Source: the human T2T-CHM13v2.0 reference genome, Homo sapiens. Taken from it: DNA of 64,000 nt. The notes under the pieces are model-generated. The model was not told where the DNA came from. It did no database searches and worked only from the letters and a program-made list of their open reading frames with translations. Of the stretch, positions 59,209 to 64,000 are shown in pieces; the first letter of the stretch is position 1; each line of letters opens with the position of its first letter. The stretch lies in the NCBI RefSeq assembly GCF_009914755.1, contig NC_060940.1, one strand, 5' to 3'. The translations under genes and the position numbers were made by a program.

Positions 59209-60645
59209 TAAATTGGTCAAATCTTATTGGGAAACATTTCTAACATGAGAGTTCTGAGTTAGCAATATGTACCCAGCTCCATGCAAAGTGCCTTGGCCTG
59301 GGCACTGGCTGCAAGGTCAGACCTGGGTTCAAATCCCATCATGACCTCAGCCAGAACTAGTCTTCTGATTTATTAAAGAGTAAATGATCTTCAAACCCAT
59401 GCTGGGCTTCTGAGTGTCGGGAGAGGAAGAAGCAGTACCACCCATGCATGGGCTCTGCTCCCCAAAATAATGATGGGATCAGCCTTGCCAACTCAGCAAC
59501 TATGACAGAGAGTGGAGCTTGGTGTTGTCTGCCCCAGAGGTGCACTGGAGCCACAGTCTGTTTTTCTTCCTTCCAAGGCTAAGGTTCAGTGGTTCAGAAC
59601 TCAAACTCCCACCCAGGCAGGACAGTGAAGAGGCCCCCACAGCCCAGGGAGGGCAAGGTCTTGGCCAAAACCCCACAGCAAGGAGGGAGCAAATGCAGAG
59701 CAGCAGCTCATCTCAGGACCCCTAGTGCCCACCCCAGGCTCTCCTGGCCCGTATCAAAGTGCTCACCCCCAAATCCAGCTCCTGCAGAAGAAAGCAGAAT
59801 TGTGTGGCCACATTTCCCCCTGCCTGATATTCACTACCTCAGGAATCAAAGAATGCGGGCCACTGTGCCCGTGACGTGGCCCAGGAAGGCATTGCAAACA
59901 GGTGGCCTGATGCCTCGCCTGGCTTCCATGGCCCCCAGGCAAGAACTGCACACCGGAATTGGGAGAGGGGGTGCACACCAGTGGCCCTCCCCCACCCCAC
60001 ATGGCTTGGGCCTGGGGTCTTCAACATCCCTTCCTGACGGTGTCCCAGCCACAGAAACCCTTGCATAACCACCTGGGCATCCACAGCACCAGCCATTTGA
60101 CCCAGTAGGGGTCTGGGGGAGCAAGGCTGGTCCCCCTTTCTGACCATAGCAACATCACCAGAGAACTCTAGCCCTGGATATCTCTCCAAGCCTCCTGTCC
60201 TTTTCAAAGGGGAGCCCAGGGAGGCCAGGGAGACTGTCTAGGGACCACAGGAGGGTGGCCCATAGAGCAAGCAGGCTTGCTCCAGGAGGTCACAGAGCAC
60301 AGAACAGACCCCACGGGCTGATCAGGAGGAGAAAAAACCTGCACAAATTCATCGGGACAACTGAGGGCATGGGCTTGACCTTCTACTGACTGGAGATGCA
60401 TCCCCGTGTGACCCTAGGTTAATTACTTAACCTCTCTGAACCTCCATTTCTTCATCTGTAAAATGGGAGGTTGCTGTGGAGCTCATTCAAGGTAACAGAG
60501 AGGGTAGCATGAGCCTCACATGTCCTCACCCACTCAACAAGTCAGGACTGCGGGGCTGCTGTGTGCCAGGCAATGTCCTGGGCTGGGAACACAGCAGTCA
60601 ACCGCAGAGACAAAATCCACTAGGCAGCAAGGAATATAATCATCA

Positions 60646-61743
<1,098 letters not shown>

Positions 61744-64000
61744 TTAAAAGGTGGAGGAAGAATAGTTTGTTTATGCAAAGGCCCCAACCCAAGGCCAGGT
61801 CAGGTGGGGTTTCATAAAGAAACGGGGAGAAGTTTGGCTTTAGTAACTCCTCCTTGTTGAGCAAGGCAGTGGCATTGCCCCCACCTAACCTGCCCTCTCT
61901 CTACACACTTTTAGTTTTCAAAGCATTCATCATTGCATTTATCAGTTCCCTCCTGCATTCAATCTGGCGTAAGCTCCAAGAGGGCAGGAAACCTCCATCC
62001 AGGGTCATTGATTAATCCCCGATGCCTAGCACAGTGCCTGGTCCAGAAGAGATTCTCAATAATGTTTGTTTAATTAAGCAATTATAGGCACTCAGTAAGT
62101 GCTCAGTAAATGTGATCATCAGGGCTGCCAATAGGGATCAAGCTGCTTTGGAATGAGATGAGACTCCCATCCCTGGAGGCATCCAAGCAGGACCTAGAAG
62201 AAGACATGCTAGGGACCCTCAGACCCAGAAGAGGCTTCCAGGTCCTCTTCCACTATGAAAGCTGTCAGGTCTGCCCTATGCCCAGTGCAAGGGATGGAGG
62301 GGCAGCTCGGGCTGCCTCAGGGACAGACAGCGTCTCAGCAGCCGTAACACATGTGCACCAAGCCGGAGAAGCCGCCTGCATTTCTCAATCACTAGAGATG
62401 TATTTGCACCTCAAAGTGCGGCCTCCTGCACTGCTTAATGAGGAAAGCAATCATTATGGGGGGCTTGCGGGCCTGGGGTCGGAAGGAAAGAAAAAACTTT
62501 TTTTGCCAACATTGTGTACAGAGTGCCAGGCAGAATGGACTTAAATCCTCCCTCAAAGGGCCCCCTGGGCAGGGCACTTCCTGCAGACAATTGGAACTTG
62601 GCCTGTAGGGTTCAACTTCCTTTGTGTTAACTAATTTCTGACTCAGGGTTTTCAGCTATTTCTTTCTAGAACAATACACTCACTGCAACAGTCCGCCGGT
62701 GCGGCTATCTTCCGCGGTGGCAGCGGCACGCTCTCCCCTGCCTCCCTCCTCAGCAGGAGGGGAGGGAGGTGTGAAAAGCCATCGAAAAGAGGTGGCTGGG
62801 AGCGGTCAAGCCCTGTCCCCCCACAAGTGCAAGTCTCATTTTCAGCTCTCTGGAGCCAGAATGCAAGACAGGACCCCAGGAGGGGTCTCGGAGCCCCCAG
62901 GATTTCTGGGCAAGCAAATAACAAAGCAGGCGGGAAAAGAGGGCACAGCCCCCAGAAGAAAACCTTCCTCCCTCGGTCATTAACCGAGCCCACCAGAACC
63001 CTCCCGCCTCCTCGCCCGCTTTCCCGTTTCTGTAATCTTTTTCTAATCTGCTTGCCGCTTCCTGCTTCCTCCAAACCACCTTAATTGGGAACTCTTTAGT
63101 TCACAAGGAAAGTTCCTTTCTGCTCTCTGAGGACACCTATCGAGGGTAAGCCAGGCTCTTCATCATAATTCTTACCAGACATGGCTAATAATGACCCTCT
63201 TTCGCTAATGAAAAAAACACACACATGCACACATTGTGGCTGCGGTAATTAAGCCTGTGACGAGTTGAGTTGGAGAGAAATTAGATTTATTTACACGCTG
63301 TTCTGTTGCTGATGAAGCACAAGCTATCGGGAAGCTTTCTCATTAACCCTCGTTTACAGGGTGTGTGCTCTTTTGTGCCTCTACGAACCCTCTGTAAATT
63401 GTAGTTGGTTAAAAAATAATAATAATTAGCCATTCTTAGAGTGGAGTTTTCTCCTATAACTCTGTTAATCCTCGAGTTACACTGCCCAGATGCTGATGGT
63501 AATAAAATGCCCAAAGGACTTCAGGTCTGAGCTGCAGCCACATCAATGCATCAGCCAACAAGTGTTGCCGGAATGCCTGCCACCCGAAGACCCTGTGCTA
63601 GGGACCCGGTGGAGTCAGAGACGGCCCTGCCTCAGAGGAGATCATGAAATCTTCCTACTGGAAAGGAACTGGGTGAGTGGCTGATTGAGGCAGAAAGAAT
63701 GATGCAGGGGCCAGACTGAAAGCCAGGCTGAGTCCAAGGTTCAGGTAGAAGAAATAGGGAGCCACTGGAGGTTTGTGAGTGAGGGAGGGGAGGCAAATGC
63801 AGTGTTTAAGCAAAATTAGATGACAGCCCACAGAGATGACTGGAAGGTTTCAGAGACAAGGGTTTTCAAAACGGACTTGCTGTTTTGAATCCTGGGGGCA
63901 GCCTGCATCAGCCCAGGCCGCCTATCACCAGTTACGACAGCCTGTGAGGTCTAAGAGGCTCTAAGTGTGTGGCCCACCACTATCTTAATGACAGCTCTCT

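Overview
Human (or very close primate) genomic DNA from inside the ZNF423 (OAZ/EBFAZ) gene, which runs on the minus strand. The only protein-coding sequence I can support is one 201-nt internal exon (38461-38661, canonical AG/GT, phase 1-1) encoding [12 protein letters not shown]...[35 protein letters not shown], which includes the first zinc finger. The rest is intron: about 25 Alu copies or fragments, MaLR LTRs (MLT1/MST), MIR/L2/L1M remnants, several DNA-transposon MITEs, a 36-bp minisatellite, microsatellites and an MRPS21 processed pseudogene (+). A roughly 8-kb transposon-free block (about 3.8-12.1 kb) has CpG-rich and AT-rich motif-dense segments that look regulatory. Leads worth testing: (1) a candidate alternative ZNF423 first exon or poison exon ending at a perfect donor at 6739, whose ATG-TCA-ATA-G matches the phase of the next exon; (2) an Alu-fragment/MRPS21-pseudogene/Alu composite enclosed by a single target-site duplication; (3) the symmetric, stop-free coding exon flanked by inverted Alus, which as a circRNA would carry an endless ORF; (4) a cluster of EBF/ZNF423-type palindromes suggesting autoregulation. 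These are hypotheses from sequence alone. Gene and repeat-family names come from recall, and repeat boundaries are approximate.
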